DNA from: Paragordius varius
Lineage: Eukaryota; Animalia; Nematomorpha
Direction: 5' to 3'
NCBI GenBank assembly: GCA_964247055.1
Contig: OZ176054.1
Span: 4,030,001-4,094,000, forward strand
DNA: 64,000 nucleotides
The position numbers and the translations under genes are program-made. Shown piece after piece: positions 13,138 to 26,700 of this stretch. Each line of letters starts with the position of its first letter. Positions within the stretch are counted from its first letter, which is position 1. A model generated the notes under the pieces. The model had not been told where the DNA came from. It ran no database searches and saw only the letters and a program-made list of their open reading frames with translations.

Positions 13138-13840
13138 AGACTAAAGAGATCATTTATATTAGGCTTAATTCGTTATATACTTTTAGGATTTCGAATTTCA
13201 AATCGCTCTGCGATATAAACTACCCAAAAGGTATGAAGTGTTAAGCCGAATTTAAAAATAAGCTTTATACCTTTTTTTAAAAGATCTAATATAGTAAAAA
13301 AATCTCCTCATCTCAAACTTTTTCACGCCATTTTTTTCTTATTTTTTTTAAATAGCTAGAACAGACATAAATTTATATTATGGTTGGAGGATGTAAATAA
13401 TTAACATTAAAAAGTGTTTAATCTATATTTTTCTAGCAAACACTTGATATTTTTATTTTAAATCAGCTATTCATTTTAAAATAGTTCGGAGCTGCCGCAA
13501 TTCCCTGGAAGTTAAAAAACTATAAAAAATAAACATTTTCCAATACAGGAGAATAATGTTTGATAAAATTTTAACCAAAACAACTTTTAAAACAGTTATT
13601 GATTTTCAAGATCAAGCTCTAATCGGGGTCAAAAAATGAAGATGTTACGAAGTGTTAAATGCATTTTCTGAATAACTCCCGAATTTCGGCAATAAACTAG
13701 CAAAATTGTTAAAATAAATAATAGTTAATGCGTTAGTAAATATTTATAATGTTAAAAAATTTATAAAATTTGTAATGATGCCCGTGTATTTTGCGAACTT
13801 GGCCCGCGAAGCCATTTGTGTTGGACTCTAGTGCTGTAAA
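13138..13840. mobile_element. DNA-transposon fragments at the duplication junction (foldback-family ends and a hAT-like right end)
   Basis: 13200-13247 resembles the foldback right end (...aaggtatgaagtg|ttaa). 13290-13450 is an inverted copy of its subterminal region. ttggcccgcgaagccatttgtgttggac at ~13800 matches the hAT MITE end at 33894-33930. Confidence 0.55.
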
Positions 13841-14989
13841 AAATTATAAAAACACCTTTTCTATATAATTTAATAATGCTGAACATATTTTCAAATTTTA
13901 TTAAAGATAAAGTGTGTTTATAAAATAATATACTTAATTGGACCAACAAACGCCTTAACATAACTCCGAAGTCATAGTCTAGCGTCATTAAATTATATTG
14001 AAAGTTTCTTTTTATGTCTTAGGTTTTTCTATTTTCACCATGCTTCAAAATATTATAAAATACCCATATTTTAATAAAAATTATACAAAGTATATAATAA
14101 TGATAAAAATACATAAAATATTTTGCTTTAAGTTTTGCCACAGCCACGTTATTTTTATATGGTGGCGTATTTTACAAAGTAAAGATCTACCGAGCGGCTC
14201 ATTAAAAAATGCGCGAAGATTTGCCTTTTTTATGGAAATATTTAAAGCTATAGTGTTATAAACTCATAAGTCAAATATTTTTTTATAAATGCCACTTTAC
14301 GGTGGCAGAGGCAAATTCGTCATAGAAAAATTAAAAAAATATAATATTCCATTCGAATGCGCCCCCACCTTTACCTCATAATCATCCCAACACAATTTAC
14401 ATGGAATTAACTTCTTGAATAAACCCCTATTTACACACTATGTGGGGCCTAATTAATAAAAAAAATGGCCAGACCCTTTTTGGCGCATTCATAAATAAAT
14501 AAAAATTTTATTTTTCACCTTGAATGGGCTTACACGTTTTCCGAAATTAGTCTCCAAGCGAACATTTTATATTTTAATCATTATTATATATCTTTGGTTG
14601 GCTTGCTGTTTGCTAATAAATTGTTCATTTATTTAAGCAGTTCACAAAACAAGTAATGCGCCGCAGTTACCACTGATTTGCATCACTAATCTATCTTTAT
14701 ACCGAAAAGCATGGAGAAATCTATCGTACATGTATTTGAAAATTGACTGCAAGGTAACATTAACCATTATTATATTTTGAAAATATGTATTATATATAAA
14801 TTTAATTAATTATATTATATTTGGTTAAATTAGATTAATATTTGAACAAAAAGACATTTTTTAAATATTGGATATATTTGGACAATTTACACAAATAAAT
14901 CTTATGATTTCAATTTGAAATGAATAATATATATTAAATTAAAACTAATATATAACTATTGACTATTAAATAATTTATTTATATTTGTT

Positions 14990-17900
14990 TTATGTAGTAA
15001 ATTTAAATTTGTGAAATGCTGCCAAACATGCGCCGTACGCTGCATCATAGTTTATTTTGAACATAGTCAAATCCATTTCATAAAACATCCTAACCTAAAA
15101 AAGATGGGATAAAAACATACTAAAAATATGAAAAAACGGGGTTTCAAATTTGGGACATTTAAACCCCCATAAAATTTTGATAGGCAGTGTTCGTTATATT
15201 TATGGTGATTAAATTATAGATTTTTATTAGAGATTATTAAATATATTAAGAATAAACCATAAAAATAATTATCACAATATAGTATAGATTTCTTCAAAAT
15301 ATTATTCGAAATTATTGCAAAAAATTTTATAAAGAAATTTAACAGAATTTTAATTCATTGCGTTATAGTTAAAATTGTACATAATGTGACAACATGGGTA
15401 TATTAAGTAATGCATTGCCAGTCCCTAGCATCCCTGTAATATCAGGTTGGAAATTTGATGGAGGCATCATGTTATGTAAATTACGTATTAATCCTTTGCA
15501 TATGGACTGGAAAACATTATCTATTCGTTCGAAAAGAAATTAGACTATAAGATTAATGTTTATCATTAAAGGGTTTAAAACTTCAAGAACAATTTTTAAC
15601 GAAAACGAACAAAGACATTTATATCTTTTGCCATTTAATGCTGCTATTTGAGTTGCGTTTTGACGGGTAAAAAATATTAGCCGGTAAGACTGCTAATGAA
15701 TACAGTCATTCATGGCCATAACCAGTCGATCAATAATCGGTAATACATGTTGTATAAATAAATAAATAAAAATTAACCAATTAAATTTTGCTATTTTAAT
15801 TATTTAATATTTAGTAGTTTGTTTATAAGGTGATTGAAAGAATTTTGCGCAATATTTTCTTCTTTAAGCAAGATCCAGATAAAGAGCTGACGAAGACCGT
15901 TTTTTCTGGAAGCTTTTCCAAACGGTTTATAAATTTCTAATTATATATACAGCGTTTAAGTTCAGTAAAGGACAAAATTGGTTCCAATGACTTTTCAGTT
16001 ACGGTTACATTTATCATGATTAAGAATAATAACTTCAATTTATGTAAGATTATAAATATTAAAACCAAAATTTAAGTTGTTTAAGGTTATGTTTGTAACA
16101 TATGCTTGTTTAGTATCGGATCGTTCTGGGATGATAATTGGTTGTATGTGCAAAAGATTCGAATCAAAATCTGATTCCAGTGATGGATTTATGTTTTTTA
16201 AACGCTCCCATATACAATCTTTGTTGATATTTAGTCCTAATAATGAAAAAATATAGATTTAAATATTTTATTTAATATAAATATTCAAGAATAAATTTAA
16301 CATATGTAATTAATCTATTTCTTGTCCAAAAGCCTTAGCGAGAAGTAGCTAATATGTTATAAAGTTAAATTGATTTAGCAAAATTTTTATTGGCTTTAGA
16401 AAAGATTTTTGCCAACATTTTTTTCCTAAAGCAGTAATTTGAGTTACCAGATCAGTGCATTCAAAATGTAAGTCATAGACTCAGGCAGAAACCAAGCTAA
16501 ATCTATTAATTAATGAAGTCTAAAACTTTAGTTTCGCCGCATAACTAAACTTTGCAGATAAATAGACACAGTCGGACATTGAATTGTATTTTGCAGTAAT
16601 AAAAAATTTATTACCTAAATCTTTCATCCAGGAAAATATCATATCAACAAAAGCGCAAATGACATTTCCGCCATTCATTGAAGCGACGATCGCCAAGTAA
16701 TGGTTATCAAAAAATGGAATATATTCCAAGGCATTGTTTTTAGTGGTATCATCTTTGGATATATTAACGATATAACTGGGCTGAAATCCTTTGGGTAAAA
16801 CAAAGGATACTTGAGCGGATGTTCCGATATTAATCACTATATTAAACAAAAAAAGTCACGATCACTGAATTTGAATGATCATTTGAAGGCGGATCACCCA
16901 TTAACTACATTAAATCATTTAATAAAGTTTGGATTTTCTAACAAACTTTGACATTAGGTAACAATAAATTGTTTTAATTCTAATTTTTAATAGCTTTACG
17001 TGGGATTGTGTGTCTAAATTCGCTATTATTATCATATAATTATTGAGAGTTGCACTATTGTTCAATGAACAAAAAATGACTCGCTCATAAAATTTTAAAG
17101 ATTGATTTCTAGAAATACCTGCCCGATTTTTGTAATGTGAGTAAGCGGCATAAGCAGCACAAGGTGTGTCACCCAAGCAAACATACACAGGAGTGCCTTG
17201 TGAGATATTGTAAAAATTAGATTTTAAATTTCCCACTATATGTCCGGGTTCAGCCGTACCAGGTAATAAATATATTGGGAATGAAACATTTTGCAATCTA
17301 AATTATTAATCGCTATAGCTTTGAAGATTTATAAAATTAAATATATTGATGAATAAGAAAATGCAAAATGTTAATTACAATAAATAACAACTTTTAACAT
17401 CTATGATGTTGTATGTTAAAATTTTTACTGTTCAATACCCTTTAAGTGATTTTTAACCCAGAGAGAATACAAAATAATTATCTTAAAAATATATATGGTA
17501 TTGGGCCGAATTTAATAATATGTATTTATGGCTTTTTTAGCGCTTGCAGAAAGATCCTTATCTCAAACTTTTGTTTCCATTGGATATCAATAAAAATACT
17601 GACATGTAAAAACACACGATTAAAAAAGTAAAACTTTAAATACATTTAATTCGACAAAAAAATCAGCTGTTATAGATTTCCAAATTTTAAATTGTGGAAA
17701 TATTTTACTAAATTAAAATTCTTGTTAGTAATTTTAATTAGGGTGCTTGGATATATATGGAATGGCAAAATAATAATGAAAACTTAAAATAAATCCTAAA
17801 CTATCTTAATTTACAAAAAAATGCTAACGAATTTCGGTCCTATTATGAGGTCTAATTTTTTAAAGAAATACATAATGTTTGAAAAGGTAGAAGCCAAAGA

Positions 17901-18189
17901 AAACCAGGCCGACCACAGATGAGGTTAGACATGATAAAACAGGAGAGACTAAATTTAACGAGTTGAATTTAGCTGTAAAAGGTAAAAAGAATGGAAATCA
18001 ATAGTGCACACTAAATCCAACGTTTACGACTTAAGAATAAGCAGCCAATATATTTTTCTTCAAACAAAAATCCAACATATATACAGGCGTGGGTTTGAGT
18101 GCCGTTTAACCTTAGTTAAAACAAACTTATGGAATTTTTTTTCCATTACAAACTTAAAACTGGAAGAAGTTCTTACAAATGGGTTAATT

Positions 18190-18229
<40 letters not shown>

Positions 18230-19108
18230 CAAAAAATCGATTTGTTTTACAATCATCAAATTCATAAAAAAATTGCTTATGGCGGTAAATTTCAAAATTC
18301 GCTACATCTAATATAGTCTTATTATCTTATAAAATAAATTATCAGGTACAAAAAGAAAAAGCACAAACTAATAATTTGGATAAAAAACTTTATCAAATTA
18401 TCCAAAATAATACGTGTCTTTGTCCCATTCATTGCGTACGCTATCATAGTATCCCCAACTAACAGCATTTTGATTTGACATGATTGGTTCAATCACTGGA
18501 TCATGATTTTCATCATTATTATCTTTCCAATTGCATAATAACCATGTTATTAAATCTCCAATTGTTCCGGCATATGTGTAATCCTCAACCTGTTTTAAGT
18601 TCGGCTCATTTCCTTTGGCTAGCCAATACAGAGTGGCACACCCAAATCCAGGGTATATGTGATTTTGAACTTTTGGAGATTTAGGGAGTTCTTCCATAAT
18701 AGATTGGGATCGTACATCTTCCCAATTGTAAAAATGAGAGCAATATTTATCAAAACAAGACTTCCAACCATGAGCACTATTGGTTTTTACATCTGATTTA
18801 TTGGTTGAAATTTCGTTTAGATTTAGAAATCTTAACTCTGGTTTCCAGAGTACACAGCCATGTTGTTGACAACACATTGATAGAGAAACAATATTAGATG
18901 ATAAAAGAGGAGGTATGCTATGAATAATTTCTACAAATGTAGTAAGTATGAATAAAACATTGGAGGTATTGAATTTATTGGAGTCCTTATCTGATTTTTG
19001 CAAAGAAACAGTTGGATAAGGTAAGGATTTAGAATATGCTATTTCTCCATCTCCATTCAGTACAATTAATTTGATAAAAGATGTCCCAATATCTAATCCC
19101 AAAAACAT
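14990..19108 (-). CDS. SHPK: Sedoheptulokinase, copy 2, complete; exons 19108-18414, 17297-17119, 16836-16615, 16236-16066, 15520-15381, 15094-14990
   Basis: The spliced frame is open through DNVFQSICKGLIRNLHNMMP...GTGNAL and YDAAYGACLAAF to TAA, matching the SHPK C-terminus (ALCRGIVQNLHSMLP; GSGSAL; DAAVGAAL). Confidence 0.9.
17790..18045 (+). mobile_element. RTE 3' fragment, paralog of 2010-2290
   Basis: Same sequence at the same site in both copies, so it predates the duplication. Confidence 0.8.
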
Positions 19109-19716
19109 TTTTTTCTAGTTTACATGAAGGAAAAGCGATAAAGCATTCTTATTTTAACCGAGGATGCGGAAAAAAATATATGCTGCATTTGAACATAAAT
19201 GATCCTTGCGAATAGATCTTTTATAAAATATTTTTTTAAATAGAAATCATAAATTAACACATTTGTATTTTTATTTTATGGTTAAAGCAATATTAATCGA
19301 TATGTTTGCTTTTAATTTTGGTTGCGAAACAGTAAATGGTTAGGAGCGAAATAAAAAACAAACATAAATAAAATTATTCATTATAAATATTTTAGTGTTT
19401 AACGTAAGGCAGTCTTGCGATATCGTTTGTTTCGGTTAAATTAATTTGTACTTATATTGTTTTAATTTTAAACAAATAAATTTATTAATCTTTAAAAATT
19501 AAAGATATCAATATTACATTAGGGAACTATAGAATATTATTACGTTTTATTAATGTCAAAAATATATCGGCTACTGTATACTATTATGGTTTCTAAATTA
19601 ATTGGGTTTAAGTCAATAATAATTGAAGAAATATACACTTGATAATCCTAATATCAAAAGGGAACAACTATAAGAGATTATCAATAGTGGTATAATAACA
19701 GAGCTTGCTATCACTA

Positions 19717-20297
19717 TACCATTTGCACTTCAAGAGTGTCCTTGAACACTTCAAGTTGGTCCTTTGACTTTTTTGTTTTGTATTAAATTTTTATCAATCA
19801 AATCGTAAATGATACATCTATTTTATTGTTTTTAACCTATTTTCTATTATTTACATAAATTTTAAATTGATATCAACTTTAAATCTTTGAAAAGCCGTAT
19901 ATCTTTATTAATTTCTTAAAATAATTTTGGATATTTACATTTCAACATGAAATAAAAAAATATAAAAGTTTTCTGGGTTAATAATTAACTTTTTTTATTA
20001 AAAACATTTAAAAGTCAATAATTTTGTTCAATTGAAAAAAAATAGTTTGAAACAAAAAAAGTGGCTTTTTAATAAAAATTTTTATTTTTAAATGAATAAA
20101 TATATAATAAATAAAGAAAATTAGGTTAATAAATAATAAAAAAAAATAAATGCAAAAATTATGGTTAAATCAAAATTTATAAATTTTAAGGACCAACTTG
20201 AAGTGTTCAAGGACCAACTTGAAATGTTCAAGGACCAACTTAAATTGTTCAAGGACCAACTTGAAGTGTTCAAGGACACTCTTGAAGTCAAATCGTA
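19717..20297. mobile_element. TA-flanked MITE (Tc1/mariner-like) with 21-bp subterminal tandem repeats, copy 2 only
   Basis: About 50-bp TIR (atttg(c)acttcaagagtgtccttgaacacttcaagttggtcc). About five ttcaaggaccaacttgaagtg units on the right. Empty site gctatcacttatttgctag at ~3915-3930. Confidence 0.85.
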
Positions 20298-20661
20298 TAT
20301 TTGCTAGTTTATGTCCATCGATCTTTTTCCGAGACTTTTTATATTGAGCATTCACCCTTCAGTAGCTTTAATTTTTATACTTTATCTCTTAATCCTCTTT
20401 GCTATATATAATAATCTGGTTTTAGATAAAGAACATTATTATTTTTGGTATTCAGTCCATATACACCTATAATCTTTAATAATAAATCCGCTATCTTATT
20501 TTATAATATAAAATTTGTGATTTTTAGAATAATATTACTGCATTATGAATGGTTGCATCAACCCCTTAGAGTTTTATATTAACAATAAATTAGTAAGATC
20601 TTTCAAAAGCTAGGTTAGAAATTAACCGGGAGACTAGTATGTCAAGTTGGAACGGCTAGAG

Positions 20662-21971
20662 CAGTGGTACTCACCAAAAAAATTTGACGGGCCAAATAAA
20701 ATATATTTTTTTTCGAGGGCCATGAACCTTATAATGGCAAATATCCCATAGCTATTTGACACATATGCACATATTTATACTCTAAATCAGCAAAATGAAT
20801 TTTTAGCGGATCGCATGTAAATCCAGCTAAAAACTCCTTCCATTTAATTAAAAAAATAAAAATATTTTATAACAACATTTATTTAGATATTAACCAATAA
20901 TTTTTGACAAATTTGGTTACGCACCATGACAGGCCAATCTTAATACGTCGTCTATATGATCATCGGTTAAGAGATTTCTGAATATTCTTGACCTACTTCA
21001 TTTTTGAATATGCCGTCCCACACGTGTAAGTTGAGGGAAAAACAGTTAGGATAACGAGCACATTTTTTTATTATTTATTTGGGACATCTAGCCAAAACTC
21101 TACATATCTTTCTTCTACGGCGGTTGAATTTTCTGCCACAGATGATGTTAATATATCCACCGTTTCAATTATTGAATTGAGATTTCATCTTTTACACGCG
21201 AACCAAGTTTTGCTAATGAATAAAGCAGTGAAAGTGTAAAATATTTTGCAAATTATATTTGTTTTTCAAAAGAGGAATAAATTCTTTTATTCCAATCATA
21301 GAGGGACAGCCATCTGTGCAGATCGATACCAATATTTCATAGATATACCATTATTATCGAAAAAAGTGCCAATTGTTTCGAGAAAATCACTTCCTGGTAT
21401 TATTCATTGGTAAATATTCTGAATAGTCCTCGTTGATGTTGTCGTTGCAAAATCTCACGAAGATCGCGCATAGGTATTGAACTAATATGAGTGCTAGAAT
21501 CAATAGCAATACTATATTTGCAGTTTATCAAAGCCAATTATATATTCTTAAAAATATATTTAAACATAACTATAATGCGTCGAGCACATGTTGATTCAAG
21601 AAGTTGAAGTTTATAATTTGCATCGTGATTCGATCTTTATTATGGAATTCAATTTTTATGGTAGAAATATGGACATAATAGATTTTTCGTTCTGTATCCT
21701 TATAGAATACAGAAACAGAAACAACGTGTGCCAAAATTTTGAACATTTTAATGTAGGGAAATTTTTTTACATTTCAAATTCAAGAAAAAATAAAAATTAC
21801 CAAAATTAAATCTAAAGAAAAGATAATATTAAATTAAACGAAAATTCGTTTAGGTGTATTATAAAAATTTATCAATAAAAAAAATAATTAAGTATCAATA
21901 TGGTCATAGGGCAATTTTAAAGCACTCTTAGGGCCGCATGCGGCCCGCGGGCCGCGGTTTGAGTATCACTG
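20662..21971 (-). mobile_element. Internally deleted hAT (Charlie/Buster-type) transposon, copy 2 only
   Basis: TIR cagtggtactca / tgagtatcactg; 8-bp TSD ggctagag/ggttagag; GCGGCCCGCGGGCCGC subterminal motif. Minus-strand remnant FPSTYTC...SKMK...RNLLTDDHIDDVLRLA resembles the hAT C-terminal dimerisation domain. Confidence 0.88.
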
Positions 21972-22369
21972 GGTTAGAGTAATGAAAGCGTAGGATTTTA
22001 AAATTTTTTAAATTATTTCCCGACCTGCTTCCTCTTTCATATTTATTTTCAAATACTTTGTTTAGAACATTTTGATATTTTTTCTAAAGCGAAATTCTTT
22101 TGAATGATCGCTATTCCGAACCAAAATAATTTTATTTTTATATGAGGTATAATATTAAAAAAATAAGGGACAAAAAAATGATATAAAAAATACACGGGAT
22201 TATATTATCATTTTAGTTTTTTGTCCTAAGATAATAATAATGACACATTCACACAAAAAATATCCTACGAATTTAATTTTTCTGATAGCAAAATATATCT
22301 TGGTTTTTATATATACATTTTTTTGGTTTTACTCCATAAATAATCTGCGCACATTTTAATAAATTAATT

Positions 22370-22930
22370 ATATAATAGAAGGTAAATTGGGCGATTTCAT
22401 ACATTTCTAGGTGGAATAAAACAGACAGTTCAATACATATCCCAACAGGCTTGGGTAAAATATCATCAACTTAAAATAGTGCTCAAAAATAAAAACATAT
22501 CTGCAAACAAAGCCTTGATCTACAAAGCCGGCATACGTCCTATACACCTTTATGCAAGCGAGACATGGCCGATGACAGATTCAATCGAGAAAAAACTAAT
22601 GAAAAAAGCGGATGCTTAATTATTTTGACCCCAATAAGTCAAATTCAAATTTGCATCAACTGTAAAAACTTGAACCTTTAAATATTATGATCAGAAAAAA
22701 TAGGCTTAGATATTTCGGACACATCAAACGTACTCCAGAACAATGGACAAATAAATTTTTATCCCTACATCCTGAAGGCAAAAATCGCAGTGGTAGACCA
22801 ACATTTAACTGGGAAAAAACAATAAATAATGAAAGTGTTGCCAACATTAATGTTAACGCCTGGCAGGATCGAAAATATTGCAGGCAGCTTCTATACGGAC
22901 AATGGCCCATTATACAAAGACAATACATCC
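22370..22930 (+). mobile_element. Degenerate RTE-type LINE remnant, paralog of 4740-5310
   Basis: ORF 22687-22956 reads RLRYFGHIKR...GRP...W...WQDR. Confidence 0.7.
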
Positions 22931-23224
22931 TAACTAATTTTGTTTATATATTTTAAGATACAATAAGAAAGTAAAATAAACATCATAATACATATTAATT
23001 TCTAAATATGGATTCCAAAAGTCACATTTTTGTCTATTTTTATTTAAATGCAAAAGTGGCGAGCTGAGATTGCATGATAAGAATTTTTAATAGATGCTAA
23101 GATAAAAATAATAAAATGCAAACAATAACTTTATAAGATTAAAAAACTCCCATAATATCGATGGATTAATATATTATATAAATTAATTTGTCATATAACT
23201 TGTGGTATGAAATATAAATAAATA

Positions 23225-23763
23225 TTAATTAATGGTAGAAAAGTGAGATCGAATTGAAATTTCTTGCATCATTTGATTACACATTGCAGAATATGGATTC
23301 ATTTGAATCAATTGACATTTCGCAAACTTTCCTCCTAAATTCGCTGCTTTTTCATAACACTTCTTTGCACAATCCAATTCATTGTATTTTTGATGTAGAA
23401 TACCCCGTTGTGTGTAACATTGACATGTGGTATAACTTGCTGTATCATCTAAAATATCTATAGCTTTATCTAGATCTAATATAGCCACTAAAAGTATTAA
23501 ATCATTTTACGTTCGTATTTTCCCATAAATTGATATATTTGAGCCCGATTATTTAACAATGAAGGGGCATTGGGTAGAATTACAAGAGCTTTATTGATCA
23601 AATTTAATGCATCTGAATACTCTTTTTTTTCAGCCCTCTTAATAGCCTCAGTTTCGTATTGTTGCAAAATTTGTGATTTTGATTCATCAAATATATCTTG
23701 TGATTTTTTTAAAGAAACAGAGGGTGGAATCAAAAAATTTAAAATGTCGTTATCAGATGGCAT
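23225..23763 (-). CDS. TTC36: TTC36 copy 2; exons 23763-23511 and 23487-23225, 23-nt intron
   Basis: Open frame paralogous to copy 1. Intron gtaaaatgatttaatacttttag has a different sequence but the same 23-nt length. Confidence 0.88.
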
Positions 23764-23793
23764 CGAAATAATACATTCATATTTATAAAAAGC
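23764..23793. promoter_or_regulatory. 30-bp head-to-head gap between TTC36 and NAT10 start codons, copy 2
   Basis: CAT at 23761-23763 and ATG at 23794. Same spacing as copy 1. Confidence 0.7.
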
Positions 23794-26700
23794 ATGCGTA
23801 AAAAAATAGACAACAGAATACGATATTTGATTGAAAACGGTGTAGTTAATGGGCATCGTAGCATGTTTCTAATTATCGGCAAAAAATCAAGAGATCAAGT
23901 AGACTTATTTATAAATTTTATAGGTAGTAATTTTGCATCATATTTTGTCCAAATCTATCGTAAAATCAAGACCATCAGTTCTTTGGTGCTATAAAAAGGA
24001 TTTAGGATTTAGCAGGTACACATTTTTTTTAAGTTTAAAAGTCATCGTAAAAAACGGATGAAACAAATGCGAAAGCAAATACGTAATGGAAATATTGATG
24101 TTGATGAAAATGATCCATTTGAATTTTTTATATCATCCACCAATATAAGATATTGTTACTATTCTGAAACAAATAAAATTCTTGGAAACACTTATGGAAT
24201 GTGCATTTTACAAGTGCTATATTTATATAAAAATATATTTTAGGACTTTGAAGCGTTAACTCCTAACATTATGGCTCAAACTATTGAAACAGTCGAAGGT
24301 GGGGGAATAATTATATTTTTACTACCAAATATATCTGCTCTAAAAGAATTATCCTCTCTTACTATGGTTTTTACCCATGTATATTTAATATATAGGATAT
24401 TCATTCACGATATAAAACCGAAGTATACAATACAATACTTTCCCGATTCAATGAAAGGTAAATTTTATTAAATTTGGTGTATATTTAATTAAAATTATTT
24501 TAACACTTTATTACCTTTTTACTTTTTTGTCTCGTTTTACTTTTTGGGGTAGTTATATATCCCAAAGCATAATTTTGTAAATCTAGAGTTTTGAAAATTA
24601 TTTTAGTTGAAATTTAATATCAAACATTGTTCTTACGTATTACCACTGTGTGTAATTTTTTTAATTTTTTGTGAGATATATTTTGACGTGCAAATTTATT
24701 TGCCGCAAAAATCTGTATTTATTGACGACCTCGTAAAAATATAGAGAGAAAATCCAATTCGTGCAAAAAATGAAAATCAAGAATAATTAAAAAATAATGA
24801 TAAATCCTGAGATGATAAGGTTCAATATCATTTTATCAGATATTTACGATTTATAAATATATTATCATATAGTTAAGGTTTTTATAAAATCTCTAATCAA
24901 AAATCGTGTTTCTCCTTTAGCATGCTTACAAAAAATACTATATTAAAATATTTTTTTGTATTTAACCTTTCTATTAAAATCTTAACAATCACATTATTAT
25001 AGTAAAAATAACTCATTTATCAAAATAAAATTAAAAATATTGTTTTTTCTTTTTTTGTCATGTGGTTTATGAGTGTATGATAATTTATAATTTATTTTGA
25101 AATTTTACATGAGTGCGAAATACAAATAATACAAAAAGTACAAATTGTAAAATATCAGCCTAAAATCCGACAAATCCCAATAAAATTAATTTGTCACTCG
25201 AATTTTTTCGGATTTTATGTTGATATTCCACTACTATTACATCCTATTTTGTATTATATATTTTTGTATTTCACGATTATGTAAAATTTAAAATAACTCA
25301 TTAATTTATCATGCACTCATAAACCAGATGACAAAAAAGTGTAAAAATAAAAACCAATATTTTTAATTTTTTGATAAATCAGTTATTCTTACTATAAATA
25401 TAATATTAAGACTTAAATGGTAATTTTAGCTAGAAAATAATAAAAAAATATTTTAGTAAAGTTTCATAAATATTTTTTGTCTTTTAAGCATGCTAAATAA
25501 ACGCGATTTTTTGATTAGAGTTTCATTAAAAACCCTAACTATATGATTAAAGGATATTTATTTATTGGAATTATCTGATAAAATGATTTTGAACCTTATT
25601 GGTTTTTGCCCAATTTCGATTTTCTTTCAATATTTTAACTAGGTCGTCAATAAATACAAATTTTTGCGGCAAATGAATTTGTACGTCTTAAGCTATCCCT
25701 TGAAAAAAATGACCCTCTTTTTTGGATACAGTATTACACAAAGGGGCTTATATTTTTAGAGTTTTGTGACTTATAGAGTTTAAAATTATTACAGCTCTAA
25801 AGCAGGAAAATAACAGATGATATTCAAATTAAGATATATCAAGTTTTTGCTGGTAAAATATGGCCTGAAAGCTTTAAGTTAATTATTTACATTTTCCAAC
25901 CATAATATACATTTATTTGCATGTTGCAATAATGATTTAAAAAAATTAATAAAAAAATGGCGGCAAAAAAGTAGATGAGGATTTTTTACAATTTACATTT
26001 TTTAATGCATCTAAATCGCTTTGGGATATAAAACTAACCTAAAAGGTAATGGAGTGTTAATAAAGACGAACATACAATAACACTGGACAACAAATTTTTC
26101 TGCCACTCGAGTTTTTTGCATTCTCTGATATTTAGTATCATTTTAACAGTAAATCTGAAATAAAAATTATAACTCGATGGAAGAATTTTGTATAATTTGA
26201 TTTTATTATATTTTTAAAACTAATGGATGAAAATAGCTCAAACTTTGTTTAGATGGTGATGAATGTCCAAAAAAGATAACACAAGAAAGTTTTTTTGATT
26301 AAAACATTTTTTTATTGCTTTTATGTCACTCAAAACAGCCATTTTTAAGTTTTTTTGTTTTTTAAAAATTACCATCACATCAATATTAATTTATTTTCTT
26401 TACGAGGCTGATAATTTCGAAATTTTAAAGATAAAAACAAAGTTTAAGGTATTTTTGATCTTTTATAGCCATTATGTAATAAATTTACAGTTATAAATTT
26501 TAGTATCCACTAGATAAAATATTTATGATAATAATAATTTTTAAAAAAAGCAAACCAAAAGCTTTTTCAAACCTTTTTTTAAATTAAATACTAATGTAAC
26601 CCTAATAATATAATTAAAATAATTTATAGTTTTCAAATTAGTTTGTCTGTAAAAATTCTTGACTTATTTAAGGATTGAAAATTTCGACCATTTAAATCCA

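Noticed and set aside
14635-14780. ~48-codon open plus-strand frame near the duplication junction
   Set aside because: No start context, recognisable motif or partner exons.
18191-18225. (TA)n microsatellites here and at ~29960, ~40560 and ~54880
   Set aside because: Ordinary slippage tracts in AT-rich DNA.
20185-20290. 21-bp direct repeats resembling a CRISPR array, with a repetitive ORF (20170-20355, LEHFKLV repeats)
   Set aside because: Repeats are contiguous with no spacers, mirrored at 19725-19770, and lie in a TA-flanked MITE in eukaryotic DNA. The ORF is a by-product.
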